DNA of 64,000 nucleotides from Candidatus Spongiisociaceae bacterium (GCA_965219685.1 CBDCOH010000002.1:256001-320000); one strand, 5' to 3'; numbered from the stretch's first letter, positions 38,387 to 48,434 are shown. Notes: generated by a model not told the origin, from the sequence alone. Made by a program: numbers and translations.

Positions 38387-38790
38387 TCATGCCATCCGGA
38401 CGTCGTGCATTACGATCCCTAGGCCCGACGCCCTGGCCATTCGGCTGTCCGCAGTCAGTAGGGGAATCCCGTAGCGGCGCGCACAAGCTACGTAGACAGC
38501 GTCGTAGGCGGTGACGTTCCGGTAGTGATCCCAAGCCCATCGCGCCAGCTTCCGGTGGGGAACGCGGGTCAGCGGCCACCTGATCAGGTCGTCTACGGCC
38601 ATACGTGCCCGTTCCTCTTCCAGATGTCCCTGCAGAACCGTCTTGCGTAACACTGACAGCACCTCGGCATCCATCAACTCGGGCGCGACCAGGGAAGCGC
38701 TGTCGATTGTGGGAGCGATAGCCCTGCCCATCGGTGATCTGAGCATAGGTACTCGAATGCGACCGAGGCATCGATCACATAGCCGGTCAT
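38387..38790 (-). pseudogene. vapC: VapC PIN-domain toxin, frameshifted
   Basis: 'MTGYVIDASV..EYL', then about 2 extra bases near 38746; continues 'APELMDAEV', 'YDAVYVA', 'LLTAD'. Confidence 0.85.
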
Positions 38791-39089
38791 CCGGGGTCGA
38801 TGCCAGCGGATCCCGGGCGCGAGCGTCCGCCTCCGTCAGGATCGTCAGCGGACCAGGACCCAATCTGCTTGGTCCGCACGGCCCGCTCCTCGGCAATCAG
38901 TGCGGCCGCATCCACGCCGAGGTCGGTCGCGGGGCGCCCGGCCAGATGCTCACGCCACTCCCACATCGCCAGCTCGCGTTCTACAGCGGTGAGCACCGCC
39001 GCGCTGATGGTGCAGCGGTTCTGCCTTGCGTAGGAACGGAGGCGCTCGTGAAGGGCATCGGGTACGTTCTTAACTTGAAGGTTCGCCAT
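38787..39089 (-). CDS. RHH antitoxin (VapB/FitA-like)
   Basis: 'MANLQVKNVPDALHERL...A'. ATGA overlap with vapC. Confidence 0.85.
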   Translation of the reverse strand: MANLQVKNVPDALHERLRSYARQNRCTISAAVLTAVERELAMWEWREHLAGRPATDLGVDAAALIAEERAVRTKQIGSWSADDPDGGGRSRPGSAGIDPG

Positions 39090-39100
39090 TTCATGGCAAT

Positions 39101-39144
39101 ATCATGGTCTTGGCATTGCCTAATCATGATTCTGGCATTACCTA
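39101..39144. promoter_or_regulatory. Tandem 22-bp direct repeat, probable antitoxin operator
   Basis: ATCATGGTCTTGGCATTGCCTA / ATCATGATTCTGGCATTACCTA, directly upstream of the antitoxin start. Confidence 0.55.
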
Positions 39145-39189
39145 GGCACCCTCCTCGGACTCCTCCGGGCGTTGGAATGGCTCGACCGG

Positions 39190-39600
39190 TCAGGTGGCCG
39201 ACCAGGTTCGGGCTGTCTCCACTGTCACCTCGATAACCGGTCCCGGGGGCGGCTGGGTCGTGTACACGTCGTACCTGGCGGTGAGCAGGGCGAGGCCCTT
39301 CCGGAGGGTGGGACCGGACCGGACCACCTTGGCTGTCCCGTCGAGCCTCACCCACCACAGTCTCGACCAGTCGTCGTCGTAGTGGTCGACCAGCACCGAG
39401 ACCTGCGGGTTCGCTTCTATGTTGGCGAGGCGTTTGAGGCGGAGGGTGGACTTGGGCTTGAGGTCGACCGCCGTGTACAGGTGCCCTTGTTCGTAGGCGA
39501 ACACGATCGGGACCAGGTGCGGCCGGCCGTGGTGGTCGACGGTTCCCAGCGTGGCCGAGCGCGCACCGCCTAGCCGGCGGCTCATCTCATCGCGGTCCAC
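39190..39600 (-). CDS. PPOX class F420-dependent oxidoreductase (TIGR03668-like)
   Basis: 'PHLVPIVFA', 'AVDLKPKS', 'RLANI.ANP.V..LVDHY.DDWS.LWWVR'. Confidence 0.9.
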   Translation of the reverse strand: MDRDEMSRRLGGARSATLGTVDHHGRPHLVPIVFAYEQGHLYTAVDLKPKSTLRLKRLANIEANPQVSVLVDHYDDDWSRLWWVRLDGTAKVVRSGPTLRKGLALLTARYDVYTTQPPPGPVIEVTVETARTWSAT

Positions 39601-39952
39601 GGGAGCCTCCCTTCGCCGAGCGGGCACTGTCGAGTCTCCGGACTCTCCATGTCCGCCGGGTATGTTGCCATGTGCGACCGGCTGCGGGGTGAACCGCCCG
39701 GAAACGCCCCCGTGCATCGCCTCCTCGCGGGGCTAGACGAGTAGTTCCAAGGGATCTGACCGGAAACGACCGAACTCTACGATCGCTACACAACGCTGTA
39801 CAACGCATCTGTGACTGGTGTGCCCCTGTTCCTGGACTCTCGGACCACGGGCTGCCGTTTCGTGAAGAGCCACCCCGCGGCGCAAACGCGAGACTCAAAC
39901 AGTGCTATGTAGGATGGTAAACGATCCGAATTAGTGTTAACCACCGATCCCA

Positions 39953-39994
39953 AACTAGAAACTATAGACTACCGACTAGGAACTAATCATCTAG
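39953..39994 (+). repeat. Degenerate heptamer tract containing an inverted-repeat arm (CTAGGAACTAATCATCTA)
   Basis: AACTAGA AACTATA GACTACC GACTAGG AACTAAT CATCTAG. Confidence 0.55.
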
Positions 39995-40003
39995 CATCGC
40001 GCC

Positions 40004-41320
40004 ATGACGATGCCACACACCCTGGCGGCACCGTGGCGGGCTCCGGTATTCTGGGCCGATATCCGACCCGCAGTGTGGTCGGCTCTCGGGCTGCCTCCCA
40101 CCGTCTATGCGGACGAGGCGTTCTACGCCGACGAGCAGAGCCGGCTGTTCGGGCGGGCATGGACCGGTGTGGCGCTTGCCTCCGAGTTGCGGGCGCCGGG
40201 CCGGCTTCTCGTGCGGTCGGTCGGCGGCAAGTCCGTGTTGCTGACCCGGTCCGGCGACCAGTTGCGCGGGTTCATGAACACCTGCCGTCACCGGGGAACC
40301 GAACTGGCCAAGGCCGACTGCGACATAGGGGGCGTCATCCGGTGTCCTTACCATCGCTGGAGTTATTCGACCGAGGGTCGGTTGGTGGCGGCGCCGCTGT
40401 TCGAAGCGTCCCCGCCGTCGGACTTCGACCCCGCCGACTGGCGTCTCGTGCCGGTACGCGTGGACACCTGGGGTCCCGTCGTGTTCGTATGCCTCGACGA
40501 GCGGACCCCGCCGCTGGAGGTGTGGCTCGGTGATCTCGCGGAGCGTTTGGCCGGTTACCGCCTGGACGAGTGGGAGATCGCCGACCTCGACGGGGCGGAA
40601 TGCACGTTCGAGGTCGGCGCCAACTGGAAGCTGATCGTCGAGAACTTCGCCGAGTACTACCACCTGCCGTGGGTGCATCCGAAGCTGGCCAAGGTGTCAC
40701 GGGTCAAGGACCACTACCGCTACCAGGGTCCGGGAATGTATTGCGGGCAGACCACGACGCCGGTCTCGAGCGACAAGCATGACGACTGGTTGGTACTGCC
40801 CCCCGCCACCGGCCTGGACGCCTCGGATGCCGCCAGCGGGAGGTTCGTCGCTCTGTTCCCCAACGTCTTGCTGGCGGTGCTGCCCAACCACATGTTCCTC
40901 ATGCTGTTGGAGCCGGTGGGGGCCGGGCGGACCCTCGAGCACTGTACCTTCCTGTTCCCGCCGGGTACGGCACCGCCATCCGACGACGAGGAGGGGCGCT
41001 GGCGGTTCGGCGAAGCGTTCGAGACCACCCGGCGCTTCTGGGTCGACGTGAACGATGAGGACATCGACATCTGCGAACGGGTCCAGCGCGGTCTCACCCG
41101 CGCCGGCGCGCCACCGGGTCCCATGGCCCCGCGTTTCGAGGAACCGCTGAACCGCTTCCACAACATCGTGGCCGATCTCATGACCCTCGATTCGGCGGCC
41201 GACCTCGCGGTGCCCGCGGGAGACCGGCCGGGCGAGGCTGACCTCTTCGATACCAGGCCGAACCCCCTGCCGCCGCTCATTGAGGTGGAGGCCGCGCTAC
41301 GGAACGCCGAGGCCGGCTGA
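40004..41320 (+). CDS. Rieske non-heme iron oxygenase alpha subunit (choline monooxygenase-like group)
   Basis: CRH...CPYH Rieske motif; 'NWKL..EN..EYYH....H'; 'ED..ICE.VQRG'. Confidence 0.9.
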   Translation: MTMPHTLAAPWRAPVFWADIRPAVWSALGLPPTVYADEAFYADEQSRLFGRAWTGVALASELRAPGRLLVRSVGGKSVLLTRSGDQLRGFMNTCRHRGTELAKADCDIGGVIRCPYHRWSYSTEGRLVAAPLFEASPPSDFDPADWRLVPVRVDTWGPVVFVCLDERTPPLEVWLGDLAERLAGYRLDEWEIADLDGAECTFEVGANWKLIVENFAEYYHLPWVHPKLAKVSRVKDHYRYQGPGMYCGQTTTPVSSDKHDDWLVLPPATGLDASDAASGRFVALFPNVLLAVLPNHMFLMLLEPVGAGRTLEHCTFLFPPGTAPPSDDEEGRWRFGEAFETTRRFWVDVNDEDIDICERVQRGLTRAGAPPGPMAPRFEEPLNRFHNIVADLMTLDSAADLAVPAGDRPGEADLFDTRPNPLPPLIEVEAALRNAEAG

Positions 41321-41351
41321 GCCGAAGCTCACCGGTTAGAGGGTGGGTACG

Positions 41352-41370
41352 TAGATGATTAGTTTCCTAG
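41352..41370 (-). repeat. Inverted-repeat arm matching 39976-39993
   Basis: Reverse complement is CTAGGAAACTAATCATCTA, one indel from the left arm. Confidence 0.6.
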
Positions 41371-41532
41371 GTGTCGGGTATTGGGCGCTGGGTAGGGATC
41401 GATGCTTAGCGCTAGATCGGGCACGTGTCCGTTCTCGGTAGCACATACCCCCGACTGGTAGGGCACGGATCGGAAACCGGCTGGGCACGACCGAGCGAGT
41501 CGGCTCCCGGGCCCACCGTATAGCCTTGGCCG

Positions 41533-42684
41533 ATGTCCCCCTCCTTCTACCGGCTGCCACGGACGATCCTGTACCTGTTCATCGGCATCCAGGCGATGGG
41601 AATCGGGGTGATCATCTCGCTGCTGGCCGACATCCAGGACCGGTTCGGGTTTCCCACCTGGTCGCTGGGGACCATCGCCGGCGTCTCGTTCGCGTTCACG
41701 CTGGTGGCGCATCTGTGGCTGGCCTCGTTCGCCGACCGGGGCTGGGAACGGAGGATGATCGCCGTGGGGGGAGTCCTGGCGGTCCTTGCCCTGCTCTGGA
41801 TGGTGACCGCCTCGGACTTGTGGCACTGGGTGGCGGCCCGGGCCCTGCTCGGTTTCGCCGAAGGCACCTGCGTGGTGGCGGCGCGGCGGGTGATGCTGAG
41901 CTGGGACCCGGACCGTCAGGGCCGTGCCCTGAGCTCGCTGACCATGGCCCTGACGATCGGATTCCTGCTCGGTCCTCCGATCGCCGGCTTCCTGAACGAG
42001 ATCCACACGGGCCTTCCGTTCCTGCTGCCGGCCGTGGTGGAGGCGCTCCTGCTCCCGTTCCTGTTGATGGTCAGGCCCGGCGAGTACGGGCGTTCACCCG
42101 TCAGGCTGAAGCGCCGGAGCCTGGCGGCGATCCCGGGCCTGGCCCCGGGGCTGTTCCTGGCCGCCTCTCCCTGGCTGATGATCGGGACGCTCGACTCTCT
42201 CTGGGCCCGGTACATGACCGATCTCGGGGCCGGCCCGGCCACGATCGGTGTCGGCTTCCTGGCGCTGGCCCTCCCGAGCGTCTTCGTCACCCCTCTCAGC
42301 GGCCGGTTGGCGGACAGGATCAACCCGATCCGGCTGGCCCTCGCCGGGGCGGTGGTCGAGTTGCCGCTCGTGGTGGCATTCGGTTTCGCCACAGGTGTGC
42401 CGTTCCTCCTCGTGGTGGCGGCACTCCACTCCGCCACGTGGTCGTTCGTCACTCCGCCCGGTCAGGCCGCGGTGGCCAAGGTGGCGCCACCCGGACAGGC
42501 TGCCGAGGCGCAGGGCCTGGTCGAGTCCTACGGGCTCGTCCTGGCGTCCGCCGGGGCGCTGGTGGCGTCTCCCATCTACGCGGCCGGGGGTCCTGTCGTG
42601 CTGTTCTTCGCCGCGGCGGCGGTACTGGCGGTGACCCCGCTGGTGGTGTTCGCGAAGGGCAAGAACTGGAGAGGGGTTTTCTGA
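41533..42684 (+). CDS. MFS transporter
   Basis: About 12 TM segments; 'GRLADR', 'GFLLGPPIAG'. Confidence 0.88.
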   Translation: MSPSFYRLPRTILYLFIGIQAMGIGVIISLLADIQDRFGFPTWSLGTIAGVSFAFTLVAHLWLASFADRGWERRMIAVGGVLAVLALLWMVTASDLWHWVAARALLGFAEGTCVVAARRVMLSWDPDRQGRALSSLTMALTIGFLLGPPIAGFLNEIHTGLPFLLPAVVEALLLPFLLMVRPGEYGRSPVRLKRRSLAAIPGLAPGLFLAASPWLMIGTLDSLWARYMTDLGAGPATIGVGFLALALPSVFVTPLSGRLADRINPIRLALAGAVVELPLVVAFGFATGVPFLLVVAALHSATWSFVTPPGQAAVAKVAPPGQAAEAQGLVESYGLVLASAGALVASPIYAAGGPVVLFFAAAAVLAVTPLVVFAKGKNWRGVF

Positions 42685-42759
42685 TCGTTCGAGCCTGAAA
42701 CGGCGCCAAGCGTTTGCGGAGCGGCTATTCTTCCAGGCGATACGACCTCGAGGGGGAGT

Positions 42760-43470
42760 GTGGCCGAAAGCTTCCTGTGGAAAGGCCGTCTCGGGCCGAT
42801 GAATCTGAGTATCTCCGATACGACGTTCACGCCGTCGACCATCTCGACGCTGGTCGCTCGTGAACTGCGCATCGAGGAGGGGGACGTGGCGATCGACGTT
42901 GGTTGCGGCTCGGGAGTCTTGGCCATCGTCGCCGCCAAGCTCGGGGCCCGGCACGTTCACGCCATCGACAAGAGTCCCGACGTGATCGAGGTGGGTCGAG
43001 CCAACGCAGAGGCCAACGACGTGAGCGACCGGGTCAGCTTCTACCAGGGCGACCTCTTCGAGCCTCTCGACCAGAGCATCAAGGCCGACGTCATCATCGG
43101 CGACGTCTCGGGCATACCGGACGCTCTGGCCGATGAGAGTGGATGGTTCCCCACCAGGGGCGGCGGAGGAGCGCGCGGTAGCGAACTCCCCATCCGTATG
43201 CTCGAGGAGGCCCGGAGGAGGCTGGCCTCGGGTGGTCGGCTGTTCCTCCCCACCGGATCCCTCCAGGACGAGACCTCGATCATCGACACCGCCCGCCGGC
43301 TCTATACGAGGGTTCGCAAGCTGACCGAACGCCGGATACCCCTACCCAGCCGGATCGCCACCAGCCAGGTGCTCTCGGAACTCGTCGACAGGGGTGTGGT
43401 CCGCATCGTCACCCGGGGATCCAGGTCCCTGTGGGAGGCGAGGGTCTGGGAAGTCTCGGGCATCGCCTGA
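42760..43470 (+). CDS. Class I SAM-dependent methyltransferase (PrmA/HemK-like)
   Basis: 'IDVGCGSGVLAI', 'GDLFEP'. Confidence 0.85.
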   Translation: MAESFLWKGRLGPMNLSISDTTFTPSTISTLVARELRIEEGDVAIDVGCGSGVLAIVAAKLGARHVHAIDKSPDVIEVGRANAEANDVSDRVSFYQGDLFEPLDQSIKADVIIGDVSGIPDALADESGWFPTRGGGGARGSELPIRMLEEARRRLASGGRLFLPTGSLQDETSIIDTARRLYTRVRKLTERRIPLPSRIATSQVLSELVDRGVVRIVTRGSRSLWEARVWEVSGIA

Positions 43471-43527
43471 CGCGGGCCGGGCAGGTTAACGGTCTGTTCC
43501 GTCCCGGGTCGGTTACGATACGGCCAG

Positions 43528-44321
43528 ATGGTCGTCCGCGTTGGTGATGTGTTGGATGAGATCGACAGGCGGGTTCCTTTCCGGACCGCCGCACGTTGGG
43601 ACGCGGTGGGTCTGCAGCTCGGCGACACCCGCCGTCCCGTCTCGGCCGTAGCCGTGGCCCACGAGATCACCGGGCCGGTGGCGGACGACATACTGGCCCG
43701 AGGGATCGATCTCGCGGTCACCTACCACCCGCTGGTCTTCCACCCGCTACCCTCGGTGACGGCGGTCGCCGGGCCGGAAGGACGGTCGTTCGCTCTGGTG
43801 GAAGGGGGCGTGTCGGTGATCTCGGTTCACACCAACTGGGACGTTGCGGCCGGCGGTGTGGCCGACTGCCTGGCCGCGGCTCTCAACGTCGAGGACGCGG
43901 AGGGATTCGGCGTCATGGAGACCGCCGACGGCGAGCCGGTCCCGGTAGGACGCCACGGTCGTTCGACGGGACGCCGGCCGAGCTGATGGACACGGTCCGG
44001 ACCGCGCTTGGCAGCCGTCCACGCGCAGCCGGTCTCGGTGCGCGCAGGATCCGGCGGGTGGCCGTCGTGCCGGGTTCCGGCGGCGCCCATGTGGACGATG
44101 CGATCTCCGCGGGCGCCGACGCCTTCGTCACGGGTGACGTGTCCCACCATGAGGCGCGACGAGCCGTGGACCACCGGATGGCCGTGATCGACGCCGGACA
44201 CGGCCCCACCGAGCGCCCGGGGGTCAGGGCCCTCCACTCGTTGGTGGCCGACATCGTGCAATCACCCGTCGACCTGGTGGGCGACGACGACACCCCGTGG
44301 GAGGTTGAATGGAACGGCTGA
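43528..44321 (+). pseudogene. Nif3-like dinuclear metal centre protein with a 1-bp frameshift
   Basis: 'WD.VGL..GD', 'YHPL.F', 'HTNWD'; after ~43960 another frame gives 'VAVVPGSG', 'TGDV.HH', 'IDAGH..TE'. Confidence 0.88.
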
Positions 44322-45019
44322 GCAGCTTCGCCGATCTGCTGGAACTGCAGCAGATAGATGCATCTGTCGACAAGCTGCTGCAGGATCGCAGAAGCCTGCC
44401 CGAACTGGCGGACCACGCGCTGGCCCGCCGAGAGGCCCGGGAGGCCGCCCATGCCGCCGAGGAGGCCACCGTCCGGATGCGGAGCCTGGACCGCGATCTG
44501 TCCCGCACGGAGGACGAACTCCAGATGGCTGAGCAGAAGCTGAGAGAGCAGGAACGCCGGCTGTTCGCCGGGCGGATGAACGCTCGGGAGACCGAGAACA
44601 TGAGGGCGGAGGTGGAGAGCCTCCGGCGGCAGGTGGCGTCCATGGAGGACGAGCTGCTCGAGTTCCTCGACATGCGGGAAGGGATGCAGGAGGAGGAGAG
44701 GATGCTGGCCGGACGCGCCGACGCGACCGCCGAGGTGGAGCAGAGGCTCGCCGCCCGCATCGCCGAGTCCAGGGGGGTCATCGACGCGTCGCTTTCCCGG
44801 TTCCGAGAGCGCCGGGACGGGATCGTCGCGGAGGTGGAGCCTCGACTGCTGCAGCTCTACACCCGTCTCAGGGAACGCCGCGGCGGGATCGTCGTGGGTG
44901 AGACCTCCGGGCGGGTCTGCGGTGCGTGCCACCTCCAGATGCCGATCGCCGAGTACGAAGAAGTGGTGCGGGACGCAATTCCCCAGTGCATCAACTGCGC
45001 CGCCATCCTCGTCCTTTGA
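44309..45019 (+). CDS. Coiled-coil C4 zinc-ribbon protein (DUF164 family)
   Basis: 'LLELQQID', 'CGAC', 'CINCAAIL'; usual neighbour of Nif3. Confidence 0.9.
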   Translation: MERLSSFADLLELQQIDASVDKLLQDRRSLPELADHALARREAREAAHAAEEATVRMRSLDRDLSRTEDELQMAEQKLREQERRLFAGRMNARETENMRAEVESLRRQVASMEDELLEFLDMREGMQEEERMLAGRADATAEVEQRLAARIAESRGVIDASLSRFRERRDGIVAEVEPRLLQLYTRLRERRGGIVVGETSGRVCGACHLQMPIAEYEEVVRDAIPQCINCAAILVL

Positions 45020-45077
45020 ATCCCGACCCCATATCGCGGCGGCGTACCTGACCATCGACTGAGCAACTGGGCGCAGG

Positions 45078-45602
45078 ATGGTGTTCTGGCACGTGGGCGG
45101 CGCAGTTTTCCTGTTCCGCCTCCTGTTCAGGGACCCGGGCGTCGATCTCAGGTTTCTCGCCTCCGGCGCCTTGCTCCCCGATGCGGTCGACCTGCTGGTC
45201 GGTGTCGTCCAGGCCCAGGAGCCGGGCATGACCGGACGTTCCTACGGTCACTCGCTCCTGGTAGCCGTGGCGTTGCTGGCGGTGGGAATGTTGACGACGG
45301 AACGCGGCGGCGCCGGGAGGAAGCGCGCGGTTGTCCTCGCGGTTGGGGCCATGTTCCACCTGCTGCTCGACGCGATGTGGCTGTGGCCCGAGGTGTTGCT
45401 TTGGCCGCTGGCCGGCGGCTTCTCGCCGGCGGGTGCTCCCGGAGACTGGACCGGCTTCCCGGGCTCGCTCACCGGCGATCCTGCGCGGCTGGTGCAGGAG
45501 GCGGCGGGACTCGTCTACCTGATCTGGCTGCTGCGCCGGGCCGGGCTGTCCGACGGGGCGCAGCGTTCCCGCCTCTGGAGGACCGGCGTGATTGGCTGGT
45601 AG
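45078..45602 (+). CDS. Membrane-bound metal-dependent hydrolase (YdjM-like)
   Basis: 'GALLPD..D', 'R..GHSL', 'HLLLD'. Confidence 0.85.
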   Translation: MVFWHVGGAVFLFRLLFRDPGVDLRFLASGALLPDAVDLLVGVVQAQEPGMTGRSYGHSLLVAVALLAVGMLTTERGGAGRKRAVVLAVGAMFHLLLDAMWLWPEVLLWPLAGGFSPAGAPGDWTGFPGSLTGDPARLVQEAAGLVYLIWLLRRAGLSDGAQRSRLWRTGVIGW

Positions 45603-45663
45603 GTGTCAGGTGGTTTCCAGATCGCTATGCGTCGGCACCGGGCAACCGGCATCCGGCAACTGA

Positions 45664-46413
45664 TCAACTGCTGGCTTCTCGGACCAGCGTTGGCCGGCCG
45701 ACCTGCTCCGCGATCATGGCGTGCACCCGGTTCTTGAGACCTTCCAGCTCGTAGATCATCAGGCCGTCGGTGGCGATGGGCGGCATGATCTTGACCGTGA
45801 CCTGTCCCGAGCGGATCAGCTTGGTCTTCGGCTTCCATACCGCCCGGCTTCCGATGATGGCGGTGGGGAGGACGGGCGCCCGGACGTTGCGTGCGATCGA
45901 GAAGGCGCCCTTCTTGAAGGGGAGCATTACCCCGTCCCTGGGCCGGGTGCCCTCCGGGTAGATCATCAGGGACCAACCCCGGTCCATCGTCCTTCTCGCG
46001 CCCTCGTTTATGGCCTGGTGGGCGGCCCGGCCAGCTCCCCGGTCGACCTCGACCATTCCGATGCGCCGCATGGCCAGGCCGAACAGGGGGATCTTGAACA
46101 GTTCGGCCTTGGCCAGGAAACGGATCGGGACCGGCAAGGCGGCGAAGTGGGCGAAGATGTCGAACGCCGACTGGTGGTTGGACACGATCACGTAGGAACT
46201 CTTGGGGTCGATGTGTTCGAGTCCCTCGACCACGAGCTTCACCCCCGCCGCCCAGCACCACATCCGGCCCCACGCCCTTGCCACCCGGTCCAGTCCGGAG
46301 GAAGTAGGCCGGACGAGGGTGATCGTGACCACTGCCAGGGCGGCGACAGCCGTGTAGGGGATCGCCACCGCGAAGGTGACACCCGCCCTCAGCCCTCCGA
46401 GAATCTTCTTCAT
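45664..46413 (-). CDS. plsC: 1-acyl-sn-glycerol-3-phosphate acyltransferase family
   Basis: NHQSAFD, YPEGTR, PFKKGAF. Confidence 0.88.
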   Translation of the reverse strand: MKKILGGLRAGVTFAVAIPYTAVAALAVVTITLVRPTSSGLDRVARAWGRMWCWAAGVKLVVEGLEHIDPKSSYVIVSNHQSAFDIFAHFAALPVPIRFLAKAELFKIPLFGLAMRRIGMVEVDRGAGRAAHQAINEGARRTMDRGWSLMIYPEGTRPRDGVMLPFKKGAFSIARNVRAPVLPTAIIGSRAVWKPKTKLIRSGQVTVKIMPPIATDGLMIYELEGLKNRVHAMIAEQVGRPTLVREASS

Positions 46414-46491
46414 CTCCCGGAGGATACCCGTCCGGTGAGGCCGGGGCCACGTTCGTTACCCTCCTGGCCTACATCTAGGCGGAAGGCGGCG

Positions 46492-47691
46492 GTGGCCCGG
46501 AGGCGAACGAGGTTCACGAACGACCAAGCGGTGCGGGTATTCCTCCGAGCGCAGGGGTTCGGGGACCGGCGTCCCTCCGGCCGGGTGGACGCCCGCCACT
46601 TCGCCCGGGTGGTCCGCCGGTTGCGCCTTCTCCAGATCGACTCGGTCAACGTGCTGACCCGGGCCCACTACCTCCCCGTGTTCGCCAGGCTGGGCCCCTA
46701 CCCGCGGGAGGCCCTCGATCGGTGGATATACGAAGGTCGCCACATGTTCGAATACTGGTGCCACCAGCAGTCCTACGCTCCGGTGCGTTTCCACCCCATG
46801 ATGCGGCCCCGGATGCGGGAGATGGACGATCACCGCTGGAAGCGGGTCCGGGATCTGCTCGAACACGAGCCCGAGTTCGTGGAGTCCGTGCTCGAAGAGG
46901 TCGGGGCCAGGGGTCCGATCCCGGCTCGCCTCCTCTCCGACCCCGGTGAGAAGACGGGTCCGTGGTGGGGATACGGGAAGGGAAAGGTGGCCCTGGCATG
47001 GCTGTTCGCCACGGGGCAGGTGGCGGTCGCCCACCGGGTCAACTTCGAACGCTGGTACGACCGGCCCGAGCGGGTGCTGCCGGCTGAGGTGCTGGAAGCG
47101 CCCGATCCGTCTGCCGGGGAGTCCGCACGCATGATGGTCCTCGAGGCGGCCGGAGCGCTGGGGATCGGCACCGTGCCCGACCTCGCGGACTACTTCCGGA
47201 TGAGGATCACACCGACCGCCCGGGCCGTGGAGCAACTCGTGGACCGCGGCGACCTGCGTGAGGTGGCGGTCACCGGGTGGGCGCGTCCCGCGTACATACG
47301 CGAGGACATGGTCCTTCCGAGGGCGCGCCGGGGCACTGCTCTCCTGTGCCCCTTCGACCCGCTGGTGTGGGACCGGGAGCGGACCGAGCGGATGTTCGGG
47401 TTCCGCTACCGGATCGAGATCTACACCCCCCGGGCCAAGCGGGTCTACGGTTACTACGTGCTCCCACTGCTGATGGACGGCCATCTCGTCGGCAGGGTCG
47501 ACGCCAAGGCCGACCGCAAGGGCGGCGTACTTCGAATTCCCGTCGCCTTCGCGGAGCCGGGTGCGGACCTGCCAGCGGCGGGCGCCGCTCTCGCCGGGGA
47601 ACTGCGCGAGATGGCCGAGTGGCTCGGCCTTTCCCGTGTGGAGGTCGCGCCATCCGGCAACCTGGCAGGAGCAACCCGGGCGGCGTTGTGA
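46492..47691 (+). CDS. YcaQ/AlkZ-like winged-helix DNA crosslink-repair glycosylase family
   Basis: 'LQIDSVNVL.RAHY', 'FEYW.H', 'PFDPLVWDR.R', 'YRIEIYTP..KR.YGYY.LP'. Confidence 0.9.
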   Translation: MARRRTRFTNDQAVRVFLRAQGFGDRRPSGRVDARHFARVVRRLRLLQIDSVNVLTRAHYLPVFARLGPYPREALDRWIYEGRHMFEYWCHQQSYAPVRFHPMMRPRMREMDDHRWKRVRDLLEHEPEFVESVLEEVGARGPIPARLLSDPGEKTGPWWGYGKGKVALAWLFATGQVAVAHRVNFERWYDRPERVLPAEVLEAPDPSAGESARMMVLEAAGALGIGTVPDLADYFRMRITPTARAVEQLVDRGDLREVAVTGWARPAYIREDMVLPRARRGTALLCPFDPLVWDRERTERMFGFRYRIEIYTPRAKRVYGYYVLPLLMDGHLVGRVDAKADRKGGVLRIPVAFAEPGADLPAAGAALAGELREMAEWLGLSRVEVAPSGNLAGATRAAL

Positions 47692-48293
47692 GTCCGGGCT
47701 CCACCGGCCCCGGCCGTGGTCCGGATCCGCCCGCCGGAGGAGCGACCAAGCAGGAGTGGCGCCGTTGGGCCAAGGCAATGCGGCGACCGGGCATACCCGG
47801 GCCGGTCTCCCGGGCCGTGACAGCCGGGATCATTTCCTGGTTCGCCGGTTCCCACGCTCCGGAGGGTGCTGTGGTCCTGTACCTGCCTCTCCCCGACGAG
47901 GTGGATGTGACTCCCGTGATGGACAGTGTGGACCGGGCCTTCGCCGTTACCAGAACGCCACCGCGGGGGACCCTGACCTTGCACCCGGTGGATTCGCCGA
48001 GGGAGAGGCACCGCTACGGCTTCGAGCAGCCGGTGGCCGGAGCTCCGCTGCTCGATCCAGGCGGCGTGGGCGTGGCGCTCGTACCGGGGCTGGCCTTCGA
48101 CCGCGGGGGAGGCCGCCTGGGCAGGGGAGGGGGCTACTACGACCGCCTCCTGCCCACCCTGCCCCCCGATACGGCGCGCGTGGGAGTGGTGCCCGAGCAA
48201 CTGGTGGTGGAGGCGGTCCCCACCGATCCCCACGATGTCCCGATGACGCATCTGGCCACCGAACTAGGTGTTGTGGTGATTGGTGATTGGTGA
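47688..48293 (+). CDS. 5-formyltetrahydrofolate cyclo-ligase
   Basis: 'VPGLAFD..G.RLGRGGGYYDRLL', 'P.DPHDVPM'. Confidence 0.92.
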   Translation: MSPGSTGPGRGPDPPAGGATKQEWRRWAKAMRRPGIPGPVSRAVTAGIISWFAGSHAPEGAVVLYLPLPDEVDVTPVMDSVDRAFAVTRTPPRGTLTLHPVDSPRERHRYGFEQPVAGAPLLDPGGVGVALVPGLAFDRGGGRLGRGGGYYDRLLPTLPPDTARVGVVPEQLVVEAVPTDPHDVPMTHLATELGVVVIGDW

Positions 48294-48331
48294 TTGGTGA
48301 TTGGTGATTGGTGATTCGTGATTCGTGATTC
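48276..48331 (+). repeat. Heptamer tandem repeat (GTGATTG)x5 (GTGATTC)x3
   Basis: Read directly; overlaps the upstream stop codon. Confidence 0.95.
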
Positions 48332-48379
48332 GTCTGGCTCGTAGGGACTGAGGGCGGTGCAACCCTGCCAGTTCCCTGA

Positions 48380-48421
48380 GACCTAGCACCTAGGACCTCA
48401 CACCTAACCCCCAACACCTAG
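48380..48421 (+). repeat. Degenerate heptamer tract (consensus CACCTAG), 6 units
   Basis: GACCTAG CACCTAG GACCTCA CACCTAA CCCCCAA CACCTAG. Confidence 0.7.
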
Positions 48422-48434
48422 CTACGCTTGACCC

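Noticed and set aside
45721-46491. Long N-terminal extension of the YcaQ-like ORF (likewise for the ORFs starting at 47277, 48713, 51749, 53856 and 62248)
   Set aside because: These overlap neighbouring real genes; downstream starts fit family length and gene coupling better.
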